Assembly: GCA_034530615.2 (NCBI GenBank)
Contig: JAVRCV020000053.1
Coordinates: forward strand, 32,001 to 96,000
Source of the DNA: Aulosira sp. ZfuVER01
GTDB lineage: Bacteria; Cyanobacteriota; Cyanobacteriia; Cyanobacteriales; Nostocaceae
Reading direction: 5' to 3'
DNA length: 64,000 nucleotides
Numbering within the stretch: position 1 is the first letter of the stretch; the number at the start of each line of letters is the position of its first letter. This document shows, piece after piece, positions 40,115 through 51,813 of the stretch. Below the pieces are notes generated by a model. The model did not search any database. It had not been told where the DNA came from and saw nothing but the letters and a program-made list of their open reading frames with translations. Both the position numbers and the translations under genes were made by a program.

Positions 40115-40492
40115 TTACTGATTTCTTTTATCTATGTTTTCTGTTTGAGGACTTATTTGCTTTTCGCAGCTTGTGCTCTGCTGGGTCAGTGCAATCATAC
40201 TCAAGATCATCACACTTCCCACAGCCAGGGCTACCACAGGACGCTTCAGGAAAACGAAATCTCTGATAATCCTAGCTAAAGGACTGCTTTGACGACGTAA
40301 TGCCGAAGAGACCATCATTTGTCTGAGAGTAAATGGATCGCGGACGTAATGACCGCTTTGAGAAACTACAAGTTTTTCTTGGCAATACGGACAACTAAAC
40401 AAGCCAATGCACGTCTTTAATGGTTTTGGCGTAGCATTTTTTTGGCAAATTGGGCAAGTAACATAATGATTATCAAAGGTGTGTATATTCAT
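40115..40492 (-). CDS. Zinc-ribbon protein with C-terminal TM segment
   Basis: CPIC and CPYC pairs; hydrophobic segment near the C-terminus. Confidence 0.7.
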   Translation of the reverse strand: MNIHTFDNHYVTCPICQKNATPKPLKTCIGLFSCPYCQEKLVVSQSGHYVRDPFTLRQMMVSSALRRQSSPLARIIRDFVFLKRPVVALAVGSVMILSMIALTQQSTSCEKQISPQTENIDKRNQ

Positions 40493-40976
40493 CTACCTTA
40501 TCCGCCTAGTCCCTTGACTCGCTCTATAAACAATAGCTATAGTAAATTCCCACTCAAAACTTAACAGACTCACCTGTGTGGTCTAGCATCAGTTTTTAAT
40601 TACACATACAGTCTGCTTCGGAATAACCTTAGTTTAATGACCGCAACACGAGTATAGCTAGATTTAGCACAGAATGACTTCCTCGTCACTGTTGGTCTTT
40701 GGTGCAACCACCAAGCCTACATATACTGTATTGTCCCTACAGCTTTGGAATTCATACTGACTTGCACTTTACCACTGCTTGTTGACCATTAACTATAAGT
40801 AATTCTCTCCCATTTAACCATTCTCCCCATGAAAATTTTGCACAGCGGAATTTTTTTTACTAAAACTTTGTAAATTTAGCCAATCCAGCATACTTGTCTG
40901 GTTGCTAAATAATGGCTCACAATGAGAAGTAACAGATAAAAATTTAAATTTTTTCTTACATTTACCTCGCCTCTCA

Positions 40977-42881
40977 ATGACTCTCTTGCCTCCCACAGAA
41001 CTGAGGAAGGTGACGGAACCACCTGCTTTTCCTTCTCTTTCCACTCGTTTAGCCCGCTTAATTAACCGTTTTCAACCATCTTTAGAAACCGTTGTGCTGC
41101 TTTTAGCCATATTGATTGGCGGCGGTACGGGTATGGGTGTAGTTACCTTCCATTATTTGATCCAGCTGATTCACGACCTCATGCTGGAAGATTTAATGGG
41201 CATTATTGGTGTCTGGGGTGCGTGGACTTTAGCCTGTGTTCCCATTCTTGGCGGCTTAATTGTCGGATTGATGCGCTGGCGCACGCAAGACTTTGGCCCT
41301 GGACTTTCATCTTTAATTGCGGCTTCTCAGGGAAAAGAAATCAAGCAACCACTACGCCCAGTGACTAAGATGTTGGCAGCATCTGTGTCGTTGGGAAGTG
41401 GTGCTTCTTTGGGGCCAGAAGGGCCGAGTGTGGAAATTGGTGCCAATTTTGGTATGTTATTGTCTTTGGTGCTGCAAGTGTCTCAAGAGCAACAGCGTTT
41501 GCTTTTGGGTGCTGGTGCGGCGGCGGGATTAGCAGCAGGTTTTAATGCTCCGATCGCTGGAGTATTTTTTGCGCTAGAAGTAGTTATGGGAGCTACTTCT
41601 TTTGCCACTTCTGCTGTGAGTGTGGTGTTGTTAGCAGCAGTGGTAGCAGCCTTAATTGCTCAAATTGGTTTGGGCGCACAACCTGCTTTTGCCTTACCTG
41701 TTTATCAAGTTCGCAGTCCTTTGGAATTGCCAATTTATCTAGGATTGGGCTTAGGAGCAAGTTTAGTTTCTTTGGCGTATAAAGAATCAATTCGGTTAGC
41801 CAAAGCCTGCTTTGCTGGACAGGTTCCCATTTTTGCATTTTTAGGAAAAATTCCCCGGCACATTCATCCAATTATTGGTGGTGTGATCATTGGTGCAGTA
41901 GCTTTGTATTATCCGCAAATTTTGGGCATCGGTTATGGCACGGTACAAGCGATGCTCCAAGATGTGGAATTTTCTCTACCTCTGCTACTTGTACTGTTAA
42001 TAGTAAAGCTGCTGATGACAGCAATTAGCACTGGTAGTGGTTTTGTCGGCGGTTTGTTTGCACCAGCAATGTTTTTGGGTGCTTCTTTTGGTTCGGCTTA
42101 TGCAAAAATCGTGGCTTTAATTGCACCAGCAATTGGCGCACAGATGGCGGCTCCCCCAGCTTATGCAATGGTAGGAATGGCAGCAGTTTTAGCTGCTAGT
42201 GTGAGAGCGCCGTTAACGTCAATTTTAATGCTGTTTGAATTAACCCGTGACTACCGCATTGTTTTACCGTTAATGGCGGCGGTGGGTTTGAGTGTCTGGT
42301 TGATAGAGCGAATCAAGCCAAATTTTAACTCTAATTCTAATCTGCAACAGATTGGGCTTCCCGAATTGAAAGATGAGAAGACAGAGATGTTGCAAGAAAT
42401 TTTAGTAGAAGATGCAATGCTCAGTTGTCCGAAAAAATTGCCGACAACTCTTGGAGTATTAGAAGCAGCTAAGGAAATGCTCCGCGATCGCTGCCATAGT
42501 GCTTTAGTAATTAATGAAGCCGAGCAATTAGTAGGGATTATTTCTTTAGAAGATATCAACCGCACTCTTCGCCTTGGGCAGAACTATCAAAATTTGCCCA
42601 CCGAAATCCAGAGTAATTTATCTAATCAAACTCTTCTAGATATTTGTACCACTGAAATTCTTTATGCTTGGAGGGATGAACCTTTATCTGAAGCTTTAGA
42701 CCGCATGGCGCTCCGAGGTTTGCATCAGTTACCGGTGGTAGCAAGAGACAACCATGAGCGCATTTTAGGTCTACTCGAAAAAGAGCAAATTGCATTAACG
42801 TGTAGTTTAGCAGTAACACATCAAGCAATTCACAAATATTTATCGGCGCGACCCCTAACAGATGTGGTCACTAATCATTAG
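40977..42881 (+). CDS. ClC chloride channel/transporter with CBS domains
   Basis: GASLGPEGP, AGFNAPIAG, GGLFAP, FELTRDY, C-terminal CBS pair. Confidence 0.92.
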   Translation: MTLLPPTELRKVTEPPAFPSLSTRLARLINRFQPSLETVVLLLAILIGGGTGMGVVTFHYLIQLIHDLMLEDLMGIIGVWGAWTLACVPILGGLIVGLMRWRTQDFGPGLSSLIAASQGKEIKQPLRPVTKMLAASVSLGSGASLGPEGPSVEIGANFGMLLSLVLQVSQEQQRLLLGAGAAAGLAAGFNAPIAGVFFALEVVMGATSFATSAVSVVLLAAVVAALIAQIGLGAQPAFALPVYQVRSPLELPIYLGLGLGASLVSLAYKESIRLAKACFAGQVPIFAFLGKIPRHIHPIIGGVIIGAVALYYPQILGIGYGTVQAMLQDVEFSLPLLLVLLIVKLLMTAISTGSGFVGGLFAPAMFLGASFGSAYAKIVALIAPAIGAQMAAPPAYAMVGMAAVLAASVRAPLTSILMLFELTRDYRIVLPLMAAVGLSVWLIERIKPNFNSNSNLQQIGLPELKDEKTEMLQEILVEDAMLSCPKKLPTTLGVLEAAKEMLRDRCHSALVINEAEQLVGIISLEDINRTLRLGQNYQNLPTEIQSNLSNQTLLDICTTEILYAWRDEPLSEALDRMALRGLHQLPVVARDNHERILGLLEKEQIALTCSLAVTHQAIHKYLSARPLTDVVTNH

Positions 42882-42981
42882 TCAACAGTCAATAGTCAAT
42901 GGTCATGATTTGGACTGTTGACTTTGGACTGTTGACTTTGGACTGTTGACTTTGGACTGTTGACTCTTGACTCTTGACTAT
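42868..42981. repeat. STRR array including four perfect tttggactgttgac 14-mers
   Basis: Read directly; lies between convergent genes. Confidence 0.9.
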
Positions 42982-42985
42982 ATTA

Positions 42986-43399
42986 TTAAGCAGTAGCTTC
43001 TATGGCTTCAGCATCTTCCCTATCTTCTGGATCTACCTGCCTGAGACGAATGTGCTTTTTACCTAAAGTGATGAGAAACTCATCTCCTGGTTTAAGATTC
43101 ATCTGTTTTGTATAAGCCGAACCTATCAGCAAGTTACCGTTCGATTGCACACTAATTCTATAGCTTGCACTACGTCCACCACGTCCATTAGCACTAGGTG
43201 TGCTATCTAATTGAATGCCTTCAGCATCAATCAGGGCGTTTAAGAACTTCATCATATTGACGCGCTCTATACCATTTTTGGTAACGGTATAGTAGCCGCA
43301 CTTCTTGGCTTTCTCTTCTTTGCTCTCGTTCTCTAGCTCTTTAACTTTTTTGAGCAGATCTTCACCGACTAGGGGTTCAATTTTTTTCTGTTTAGCCAT
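42986..43399 (-). CDS. Cyanobacterial AbrB-like regulator (cyAbrB, probably the cyAbrB2/CalB clade)
   Basis: CGYYTVTKNG, GRGGRSASYRISVQSNGNLLIGSAYT, LGKKHIRL. Confidence 0.9.
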   Translation of the reverse strand: MAKQKKIEPLVGEDLLKKVKELENESKEEKAKKCGYYTVTKNGIERVNMMKFLNALIDAEGIQLDSTPSANGRGGRSASYRISVQSNGNLLIGSAYTKQMNLKPGDEFLITLGKKHIRLRQVDPEDREDAEAIEATA

Positions 43400-43810
43400 C
43401 AACTTAGGTCGAAAACGAATGTTTCAAGTCTTTGAATCGATTTTATTTTAGCTGACATTGAGCTAGTAGGAACAGAATCCTTTAGTTTTTATTTCAGCCT
43501 TGCCAAGTATATTACATTCATAACCATAATTGTTACTTGATTTTCAATATTCCCAAGAGAATCTATTTTGTTGAATGCTGGCAATAGTGATAACTATATA
43601 TATGTTGTGAATTACTGCTAGACTATACTTGTTTAAGTTTTCTAAAGTAGCCCTAAAAAGTTTGTCTAACTACCGTTCTGGATAATTGGGGTACAGAATG
43701 ATAAGCAAAACTGATCCCTAGTCAAGCTCCAAAGTCTAAATTACAAATTTTTTTGACTATTGATTATTGACTATTGATTGACTATTGACTCAAAAACAAA
43801 GCTGCTCAGA

Positions 43811-44254
43811 ATGAAACTAACAACGAGAGGACACTACAGTGTTAAAGCCTTGCTTGATTTAAGCTTACAGCCAGAGTATGGCCCTGTATCTGTGAGAGCA
43901 ATTGCCAATCGCCAAGATATCCCTGCTCCTTACCTAGAAAAATTATTAATAGAAATGCGTCGTGCTGGATTAGTGAAATCAATTCGCGGCAGCGTTGGTG
44001 GATATCAATTGGCACGAGAACCTGTAAAAATATCTATAGGACAAATTTTAGAGTCAGTAGGGGAAACGATTACTTATTTGCCCCACCACGCCCCAACATC
44101 AGCACAAGCTGAAGATTGGGTAACATTTACACTTTGGCAGAGACTCAACCAAAAGCTGAAAGAAGCTATATATAGTATTACCCTGGCCGATCTCTATTAC
44201 GATGCTCGGAGTTGGCAGGCTTCACTGGGAGAAGAAGCTAATTTTGTTGTTTAG
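43811..44254 (+). CDS. Rrf2 family regulator lacking cysteines
   Basis: MKLTTRGHYSV, YLEKLL, SIRGSVGGYQLAR. Confidence 0.9.
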   Translation: MKLTTRGHYSVKALLDLSLQPEYGPVSVRAIANRQDIPAPYLEKLLIEMRRAGLVKSIRGSVGGYQLAREPVKISIGQILESVGETITYLPHHAPTSAQAEDWVTFTLWQRLNQKLKEAIYSITLADLYYDARSWQASLGEEANFVV

Positions 44255-44300
44255 TTATTAGTCATTAGTCACTAATCAATGCTAGTCATAGAAAAGACAA

Positions 44301-45269
44301 ATGACATCAGCTGTTGTTTTGATCGTTGCTGCACTTTTAGATTACTTCATTGGCGATCCCTGGGGTTGGCCTCATCCAGTACAAGTCATAGGATGGGTAA
44401 TTTCTCACTTCACCAAACTGTCTCTGAAATATTGTCATAATTCTCTAAATCAAAGAATAGCTGGAATTATATTAGGCATCATCTTAGTAATTGGTAGCGG
44501 AGGTGTTGGCTGGTTAATAATTCAAATTGCTAGATGGGTGCATCCACTCTTTGCAATCGCCTTAGAAAGCATTCTCTTAGCTAGTTGTTTTGCTGGCAGA
44601 AGTTTGAGAACAGCAGCAGTAACTGTATTAAAACCTATAACAGCAGGAAACTTAACTGAGGCTCGCGATACTTTAAGTAATTATGTTGGTCGAGATACCA
44701 AAAAACTTTCCGAACCAGAAATTTTGCGAGCGATTTTAGAAACGGTAACAGAGAATGCTACTGATGGGGTGATGGCTCCTCTGTTTTATGCAATTGTAGG
44801 AGGATTCATGCCATTTGTAGGGGTCGTGCCACTAGCTTTAGCATATAAAGCTAGTAGTACTCTGGATTCAATGGTGGGCTATCGGGAAGCACCCTATACT
44901 TATTTGGGATGGTTTAGTGCAAGGTTAGAAGATTACCTCACTTGGCTTCCTTGTCGGTTAACAGTAATGACTTTGGCATTGTTATCAGGTAAACCTCTGT
45001 ATGTTTGGCGTATTTGTTGCCGAGATGCTGTAGCCGATTCTAGTCCTAATTCTGGCTGGAGTGAGTGCGCCTATGCTGCAATCTTAGGGGTGCAGATGGG
45101 AGGTACAAATTGGTATCGTGGTGTGGCTAAACATAAACCACTTCTGGGAGATGACATTTATCCCATCACCCCTGAAAGTATTCAGTCTGCTTTGCAATTA
45201 ACTAGATATTGTTTTTTACTTTGGCTAGGGGTAGCGATCGCTATATTCTTAATACCCCTAAACAGGTAA
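44301..45269 (+). CDS. cbiB: Adenosylcobinamide-phosphate synthase CbiB/CobD
   Basis: GDPWGWPHPV, VGRDT, ENATDG, TLDSMVGY, SPNSGW. Confidence 0.92.
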   Translation: MTSAVVLIVAALLDYFIGDPWGWPHPVQVIGWVISHFTKLSLKYCHNSLNQRIAGIILGIILVIGSGGVGWLIIQIARWVHPLFAIALESILLASCFAGRSLRTAAVTVLKPITAGNLTEARDTLSNYVGRDTKKLSEPEILRAILETVTENATDGVMAPLFYAIVGGFMPFVGVVPLALAYKASSTLDSMVGYREAPYTYLGWFSARLEDYLTWLPCRLTVMTLALLSGKPLYVWRICCRDAVADSSPNSGWSECAYAAILGVQMGGTNWYRGVAKHKPLLGDDIYPITPESIQSALQLTRYCFLLWLGVAIAIFLIPLNR

Positions 45270-45447
45270 TCATAAATATAGGGCATTGGGCAAGGAGGAG
45301 AGATGGTGGCGAGGGGGAAGATGAGGAGATAGGGAAGAAAACTCCCCACACTCCCCACACTCCCTTGTCCCCCCTGCTCCCTTGCCTCCCTCATTTCCCA
45401 GTCGCCTCTAATGTCTGGTATCATACATTACTCAGGGGTATCGGTCT

Positions 45448-45990
45448 ATGGCCATGTCTGTCAAAGTAGTTGAAATTCTCTCATCGGAAGAACTCCGTCG
45501 CACTGTAACTCGTCTGGCTTCTCAGATTGTGGAGAGGACACGCGATCTATCTCAACTGGTTTTACTAGGTATTTATACTAGAGGTGTGCTGTTAGCTGAA
45601 TTATTGGCACGTCAGATTGAGATATTAGAAGGTGTCCCTGTAGAAGTGGGAGCATTAGACATCACATTTTACCGGGACGATTTAGACCAAATTGGGTTGC
45701 GGACTCCGGCCAAAACCGATATCCCTTTTGACCTGACAGGGAAAACAGTTGTCCTCGTAGATGATGTCATTTTCAAAGGCAGAACAATTCGCGCTGCTTT
45801 GAATGCAGTTAACGAGTACGGTAGACCAGAGGTAATTCGTTTAGCTGTTTTGGTAGACAGAGGTCATCGTGAGTTGCCAATTCATCCAGATTTTATTGGT
45901 AAACAATTGCCCACTGCCAAAGAAGAGATTGTCAGAGTTTACTTACAAGATTGGGATGGAAAAGATGCAGTGGAGTTGATTGCAAATTAG
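45448..45990 (+). CDS. pyrR: Pyrimidine operon attenuation protein / UPRTase
   Basis: [35 protein letters not shown]. Confidence 0.95.
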   Translation: MAMSVKVVEILSSEELRRTVTRLASQIVERTRDLSQLVLLGIYTRGVLLAELLARQIEILEGVPVEVGALDITFYRDDLDQIGLRTPAKTDIPFDLTGKTVVLVDDVIFKGRTIRAALNAVNEYGRPEVIRLAVLVDRGHRELPIHPDFIGKQLPTAKEEIVRVYLQDWDGKDAVELIAN

Positions 45991-46117
45991 TCATTTGTTA
46001 TTGGGCATTGGGCATTAAGCATTTCTTACCTTGCTCCCTCTGCTTTTTCCTCTTCCCCGCGTCCCCTCATCCTCCTTATCCCCAATCTCCAGTCCCCACT
46101 AAACTACCCAAAACGAA

Positions 46118-48838
46118 GTGGAGGGATTCGACATTCTCGAGCCAATACTCAACTTCTATGCAGATAACAAGGAATTTATTGACAACCTGCTTTCAGGGGG
46201 GTTGCCGACAATTTTACCTGCTGTTGTTAGTTTCTTCTGGTGGTTGATTTGGCGACAACGCCAACGGCGTATTCCCCTAGAAACTTTTGCTTTTGAGGTG
46301 ATTAAGCCTTATAGTCTAGACTTGATGCAGCGAATTTTGGGTGGTGATGAGAAAGACCCTTTGGCAGACCAGAATATAGTTTATCAAAAGCGGGTGGCAA
46401 ATCGCAGCACTCGCCAGGAATTGCAACATCTTCTAGAACAACACCGTTGGGTGTTAATTGTTGGACGTAATGGGCTGGGGAAAACACGGGAAGCTGCTGA
46501 AGTAGCGAAGAATCTCAATCAAACAGGCTGGACGGTGCTTTACCTCAAGCCGAATGAATGGCTGGATGTGCCGGCGCGTTTGCCAAGGTTAATTGGTGGC
46601 GATCGCAAGTTACTATTTTTTTTAGATGACCTTAACCAGAAAATGCACCGCAGCCATGAGGAAATCTCTCCAGAAGCGGAAAAAAGTCTAGCGGAAAGAT
46701 TTACAGTTCCTTTGCAACAAAGGCTGCTAGATGCTTTAACTAAATACGAATCATTCTGTGGTAAAGCAGAAATCCGCGTCATTGCTACAGCACGTAATGA
46801 ACAGCAACCAGACTTTCCCGGAGAAGCTAACGCCTGGGATAAATTGCAATGGGAAAAATATCCTAAGCTGTGGCAGCGATTTCAAATTTATGAATTGCCA
46901 GAACCAGAGGATCGGGCAATTATTCAGGTATTAGAAGCAACTGTCCCTAAAACCAAAATTTCTACTCAGCCAGAACAGTATCCTGAACTAGCAAGGCGCA
47001 ATGATGCTACCTTCAGAAATGTAGTAGAAAATCTCCAACGTCTGCGCAACGATGGCTTGCCTTTAAACTCCAACACCTACCGCGAGAGTTTGGGGAAGAC
47101 TTGGGAAAACCGCTACCAAGAGGCAGTGCATCGGCATCCTGCAAGTCAGTATATTTACGATGCAGTGGATTTGCTGCGACAATTCGATATTCCACTGGAA
47201 CGTTTCATCGTAGAGGCGACAGCACAAATGTTAGCCGGTGGGAATTTTTGGCAAAGGCTGTGGTATCGTTGCCAAATTCACGCTGCTCTTAACTTTCTCA
47301 TTCATGCTGAACGTATTCTCACACCTAGAGATGGGCAAATAGAGGGTAAGGGTAAACACGTAGACACAGAAGCATATTTGCTGCCCTTCACCAAGGTAAT
47401 ATTAAAACTGACAGAGCGACGCCCCAAAGAAATGCAGCGCCTACTACTAAATTTTGGTGTGGAGTTGGCGATAGCAAATCATTATCAGGAAGCTATTACT
47501 TGTTGGGATAAAACAATAGAAATTCAGCCTAATTATTACCCAGCTTGGGGGAATCGGGGTATTGCACTCAGTAAATTAGGACGTTTTGCAGAGGCGATCG
47601 CATCCTATAACAAGGTGTTAGAAATCCAACCAGATGATCACTTAGCTTGGTATTACCGAGGTAATGTCCTAGATGAAGATGGACAACACGAACAAGCGAT
47701 CGCATCTTACGACAAAGCAGTAGCTCTCAAACCAGATTTACATCAAGCTTGGAATAACCGAGGCATTGCGCTGCGGAATTTAGGACGACATCAAGAGGCA
47801 TTGTCTTCTTACAATCAAGCACTGGCAATTATCCCCAACTTACACCAAGGTTGGATTAACCGGGGTAATGCCCTGCGTAACTTGGGGGAATTTGCAGAGG
47901 CGGTAGACTCTTACAACAAAGCACTCGCTATTCAACCCCAAGATAGCTATAGCTGGTACAGTCGCGGTAACTGCCTAAAGAACTTAGGTAAATTAGAAGC
48001 CGCGATCGCATCTTATGACAAAGCACTCGCTATTAAACCCGATGATGAAGCTTGGTATAACCGAGGTCATGCTCTAGGTGATTTAGGAAAGTATGAGGAT
48101 GCGGTAACGTCCTACGACCAAGCACTTGCACTCAAACCCAGCAAAGACGAAGCTTGGTATAATCGCGGCAATACACTGTTGCATTTGGAAAGGTGTGAGG
48201 ATGCGGTAAAATCCTACGACCAAGCACTGGCAATCAAACCCAGCAAAGACGAAGCTTGGAATAACCGAGGTAATGCTTTATTTAATTTAGGCAGATATGA
48301 AGATGCGATCGCATCCTACGATCGAGCTCTAGCAATTCAATCAGATAAACATAAAGCTTGGAAAAATCGCGGCAATGCCCTGTTTAATTTAGAAAAATAT
48401 GAAGATGCAGTAAAATCTTACGATCAAGCTTTATTAATTCAACCAGACAAACACGAAGCCTGGTACAACCGGGGTAATGCTTTACGTAACTTAGGAAAAT
48501 ATTTAGAAGCGATCGCATCCTACGACCAAGCGCTATTCATTAAACCCGACAAACATGAAGCCTGGAATAACCGAGGATTGGCACTGACGTACTTACACCG
48601 ATACCATGATGCGATCGCATCCTACGACCAAGCTTTAGCTATTAAACCAGACAAGCACGAAGCCTGTTACAACAAAGCTTGCTGTTATGGCTTACTAGGA
48701 AATGCGGATTTAGCAATTGAAAACTTGCAAAAAGTTATCCAACTTCATCCTGATGAATGTCGCCAGATGGCAAAAACTGACTCTGATTTCGACAAAATTA
48801 GAAATGACCAACGCTTTGTGACTTTAATCTTCCAGTGA
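46118..48838 (+). CDS. Membrane-anchored P-loop NTPase with long C-terminal TPR array
   Basis: N-terminal TM; GRNGLGKT Walker A; FFLDDL Walker B; about 12 TPRs (AWxNRGxAL...EAIASYDxAL). Confidence 0.85.
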   Translation: MEGFDILEPILNFYADNKEFIDNLLSGGLPTILPAVVSFFWWLIWRQRQRRIPLETFAFEVIKPYSLDLMQRILGGDEKDPLADQNIVYQKRVANRSTRQELQHLLEQHRWVLIVGRNGLGKTREAAEVAKNLNQTGWTVLYLKPNEWLDVPARLPRLIGGDRKLLFFLDDLNQKMHRSHEEISPEAEKSLAERFTVPLQQRLLDALTKYESFCGKAEIRVIATARNEQQPDFPGEANAWDKLQWEKYPKLWQRFQIYELPEPEDRAIIQVLEATVPKTKISTQPEQYPELARRNDATFRNVVENLQRLRNDGLPLNSNTYRESLGKTWENRYQEAVHRHPASQYIYDAVDLLRQFDIPLERFIVEATAQMLAGGNFWQRLWYRCQIHAALNFLIHAERILTPRDGQIEGKGKHVDTEAYLLPFTKVILKLTERRPKEMQRLLLNFGVELAIANHYQEAITCWDKTIEIQPNYYPAWGNRGIALSKLGRFAEAIASYNKVLEIQPDDHLAWYYRGNVLDEDGQHEQAIASYDKAVALKPDLHQAWNNRGIALRNLGRHQEALSSYNQALAIIPNLHQGWINRGNALRNLGEFAEAVDSYNKALAIQPQDSYSWYSRGNCLKNLGKLEAAIASYDKALAIKPDDEAWYNRGHALGDLGKYEDAVTSYDQALALKPSKDEAWYNRGNTLLHLERCEDAVKSYDQALAIKPSKDEAWNNRGNALFNLGRYEDAIASYDRALAIQSDKHKAWKNRGNALFNLEKYEDAVKSYDQALLIQPDKHEAWYNRGNALRNLGKYLEAIASYDQALFIKPDKHEAWNNRGLALTYLHRYHDAIASYDQALAIKPDKHEACYNKACCYGLLGNADLAIENLQKVIQLHPDECRQMAKTDSDFDKIRNDQRFVTLIFQ

Positions 48839-49195
48839 TTTTGTGGGAACTTCCACTGCTGTGACATCAATTGTGCCATCTGGAGTAAAGCGCCGAAAAT
48901 GACGATTTTGGACTAACAATTGCTCCCCACAATTAGGACATTGCAACTGGCTGTTATTTAAACCCGTAAATTCATATCGACAGACAGGACACTGATCGAC
49001 AATCAAGTTACGTTGCAGCCACCAGCGAAACCCAAAGAACGCCACCACGGGTGCTAATAGCAACAATCCAAAAATAAACAGCAATGAATTCACTAACCAG
49101 CCCAAGCCTAAAGATGCCAGCAACCAAAAAACTGCTAACAACGTGAGCCAAGGGCGAAAATTTTCAAGATAGGATGGAAAAGATTTAAGGCTCAT
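48824..49195 (-). CDS. Membrane protein with zinc ribbon
   Basis: Two TM segments then CPVC/CPNC. Confidence 0.75.
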   Translation of the reverse strand: MSLKSFPSYLENFRPWLTLLAVFWLLASLGLGWLVNSLLFIFGLLLLAPVVAFFGFRWWLQRNLIVDQCPVCRYEFTGLNNSQLQCPNCGEQLLVQNRHFRRFTPDGTIDVTAVEVPTKSLED

Positions 49196-50483
49196 TTTTT
49201 AAATGTCGTGTTGCTCTCTTTCTAGGATAGCGAGTTTAGGGAAGAGTCAATCAGGGGGATGAGGGAGTGTGGGGAGTGTGAGAAGTGTGGGGAAGAAGAG
49301 GGGGACAAGGGGGACAAATGACTATTGACTATTGACTCTTCAGAGTAACTCTTGCAGCCGTTTTTGCAAAGCATCTATGCCGAAAAGTGCGATCGCTTGT
49401 TCTCGCAACCAATGCCCATCACAACGTTGATCTGTTCCTGTGAGTATTTCTATACAAGCTGCGGCTACAGCATTAACATCGCGGTGGGGAACTCGCCAGC
49501 CTAAGTTCCCATCTTGCAAGGGGTCTGCTGACCCATCATCGTCACCAGATAACACTGGTATGCCACAAGCCATTGCTTCTAAATAAACAATGCCAAAGCC
49601 TTCTTGGGAAGGCATAATGTAGGCATCGGCAAGGCGATAGTGTGCCATTAATTCTTCTGTAGCAACAAAACCTGCAAAAATTACGCGATCGCTCACACCT
49701 AAATCTTTTGCGAGTTGAGCTAATCGGGGTTGGTCATCGCCGCGACCAATGACTAAGTATTTTACTTCTGGGAAAACTTGCAGAATTTGCGGTAATGCTC
49801 GAATTGTGACATCCACACCTTTATAAATATCCCCTGACCATAACCGCGCTACAGTCATCAAAACTCTGGCATTGCTTAAGCCGTACTTGGCTATGAGTTC
49901 AGGCTGCTTGGGTCCAGGGGTAAATTTATTCCCATCAATAGCACAGGGTAGTATTTTTACTAGATTCGGGTCAATAAAATTAGCCGCACAGCTGCGATCG
50001 CGACTGTAGCGGCTAATTGTCCAAATCCCTGATGCCGATGTGAGTGCGTGACGTTCTCTGGTGTTCAGCGGTTCCCACACTTCTTTACCGTAAGTTAAGA
50101 TTGTGTAAGGAATCCCCAATGGCTGGCAAAGAGTTTGTATGAGACTTGCTAAATTGATGTGACCGCAAAAAACGTGTTGGGGACGTTGTAGCAGCAAACA
50201 CTTCAGCAGCGCCAAAGTCATTTTTAATCGGCCAATTTGGGGAGATTGATTTTTAAAACCATAAAATTTTAAATTTTCTGATTCCCACAGATGTGAAGAG
50301 TTTGGACTATCTCGCAGTACAAATACTTCTGCTTTATAGTCCGCACCCAATTTTTGATAGGCGCGAAAAATATCTTTAACATAAGACTGAATTCCACCTT
50401 CGTGTACAAAAACTTCTAAGAACACGAATACATGGTTAGTTTTGCAATTAAGTTTATTAGCTAGACTGAGATTTTCGCTCACT

Positions 50484-51029
<546 letters not shown>

Positions 51030-51076
51030 TTAGGAGAAGAATTCTCAAATAACCTGCAAGTTGAGATATTCTTCCC

Positions 51077-51520
51077 CTAATGCTGTCCCTCTACAGCATA
51101 TTTAACAATCAGCAAACAATTTCTACCATCCGAACCCCGTTGGTAGACAACACGATCGGCCAAGCGTCTCAGTAGAAACCATCCATAGCCTCCTACTTGA
51201 AGAGTACCTGGTTTTGGCTCGGCGATCGCATCAGGATTAAAAGGTTGCCCATAATCCCAAATTCTCATTTCCAACCTATCAATCCATAAGCAAACCTCAA
51301 TCTCTATCGTTGTTTCTGGCGGTAATGCCGAGTGAGCATGACGAACTGCGTTAGTAAAGCCTTCTGCTAATGCTAAGTTAAGCCGATAGAGTTGGGTTTG
51401 TGACCAGCCAAGTTGAGACAAATTTTGCCGACAAAATTGCTCAAACCATTGTTGCACTTGGTTAAGGAGCTTTAATTCGCTCTTCACCGTCAGATGGTCG
51501 TGCTGCACTATGCTAAGCAT
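51077..51520 (-). CDS. RsbW/SpoIIAB-like anti-sigma regulatory ATP-binding protein
   Basis: LALAEGFTNAVRHA, IWDYGQPFNP, GGYGWFL. Confidence 0.88.
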   Translation of the reverse strand: MLSIVQHDHLTVKSELKLLNQVQQWFEQFCRQNLSQLGWSQTQLYRLNLALAEGFTNAVRHAHSALPPETTIEIEVCLWIDRLEMRIWDYGQPFNPDAIAEPKPGTLQVGGYGWFLLRRLADRVVYQRGSDGRNCLLIVKYAVEGQH

Positions 51521-51813
51521 TGACCTTGACTTGAATATTTAATAAGTGATGAGTATATGACAAATATCTGTATTTTTGGTACTAGTGGGTTTTTAGATTT
51601 TGGAAGAGCTTGTGAATCCAAAACTAAATATCCAAAATGCAACCTGGATCGTAAAAAATTGACGCCTGTTAATTTTTTTCACAAGCACATATTACCAGAA
51701 GTATGAGCGATGGCTTTCACCTGCGTCACCCAAAGGGCGAGTGTTTCATCCATCATAAATTCGGTATATGCTATTGAAAATTACAGGCGTCAACGTGCTT
51801 TTTGGTGACTAAT

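Noticed and set aside
40493..40976. Possible riboswitch in the long spacer before the zinc-ribbon and ClC genes
   Set aside because: Could not match a fluoride or other riboswitch consensus by eye; an Rfam search would be needed
42868..42981. Regular direct repeats resembling a CRISPR array
   Set aside because: Units are contiguous 7/14-mers without unique spacers; these are STRR repeats and no cas genes are present
45270..45447. PyrR attenuator or cobalamin riboswitch near cbiB/pyrR
   Set aside because: Region consists of tandem repeat sequence; no PyrR binding loop or B12 box was seen
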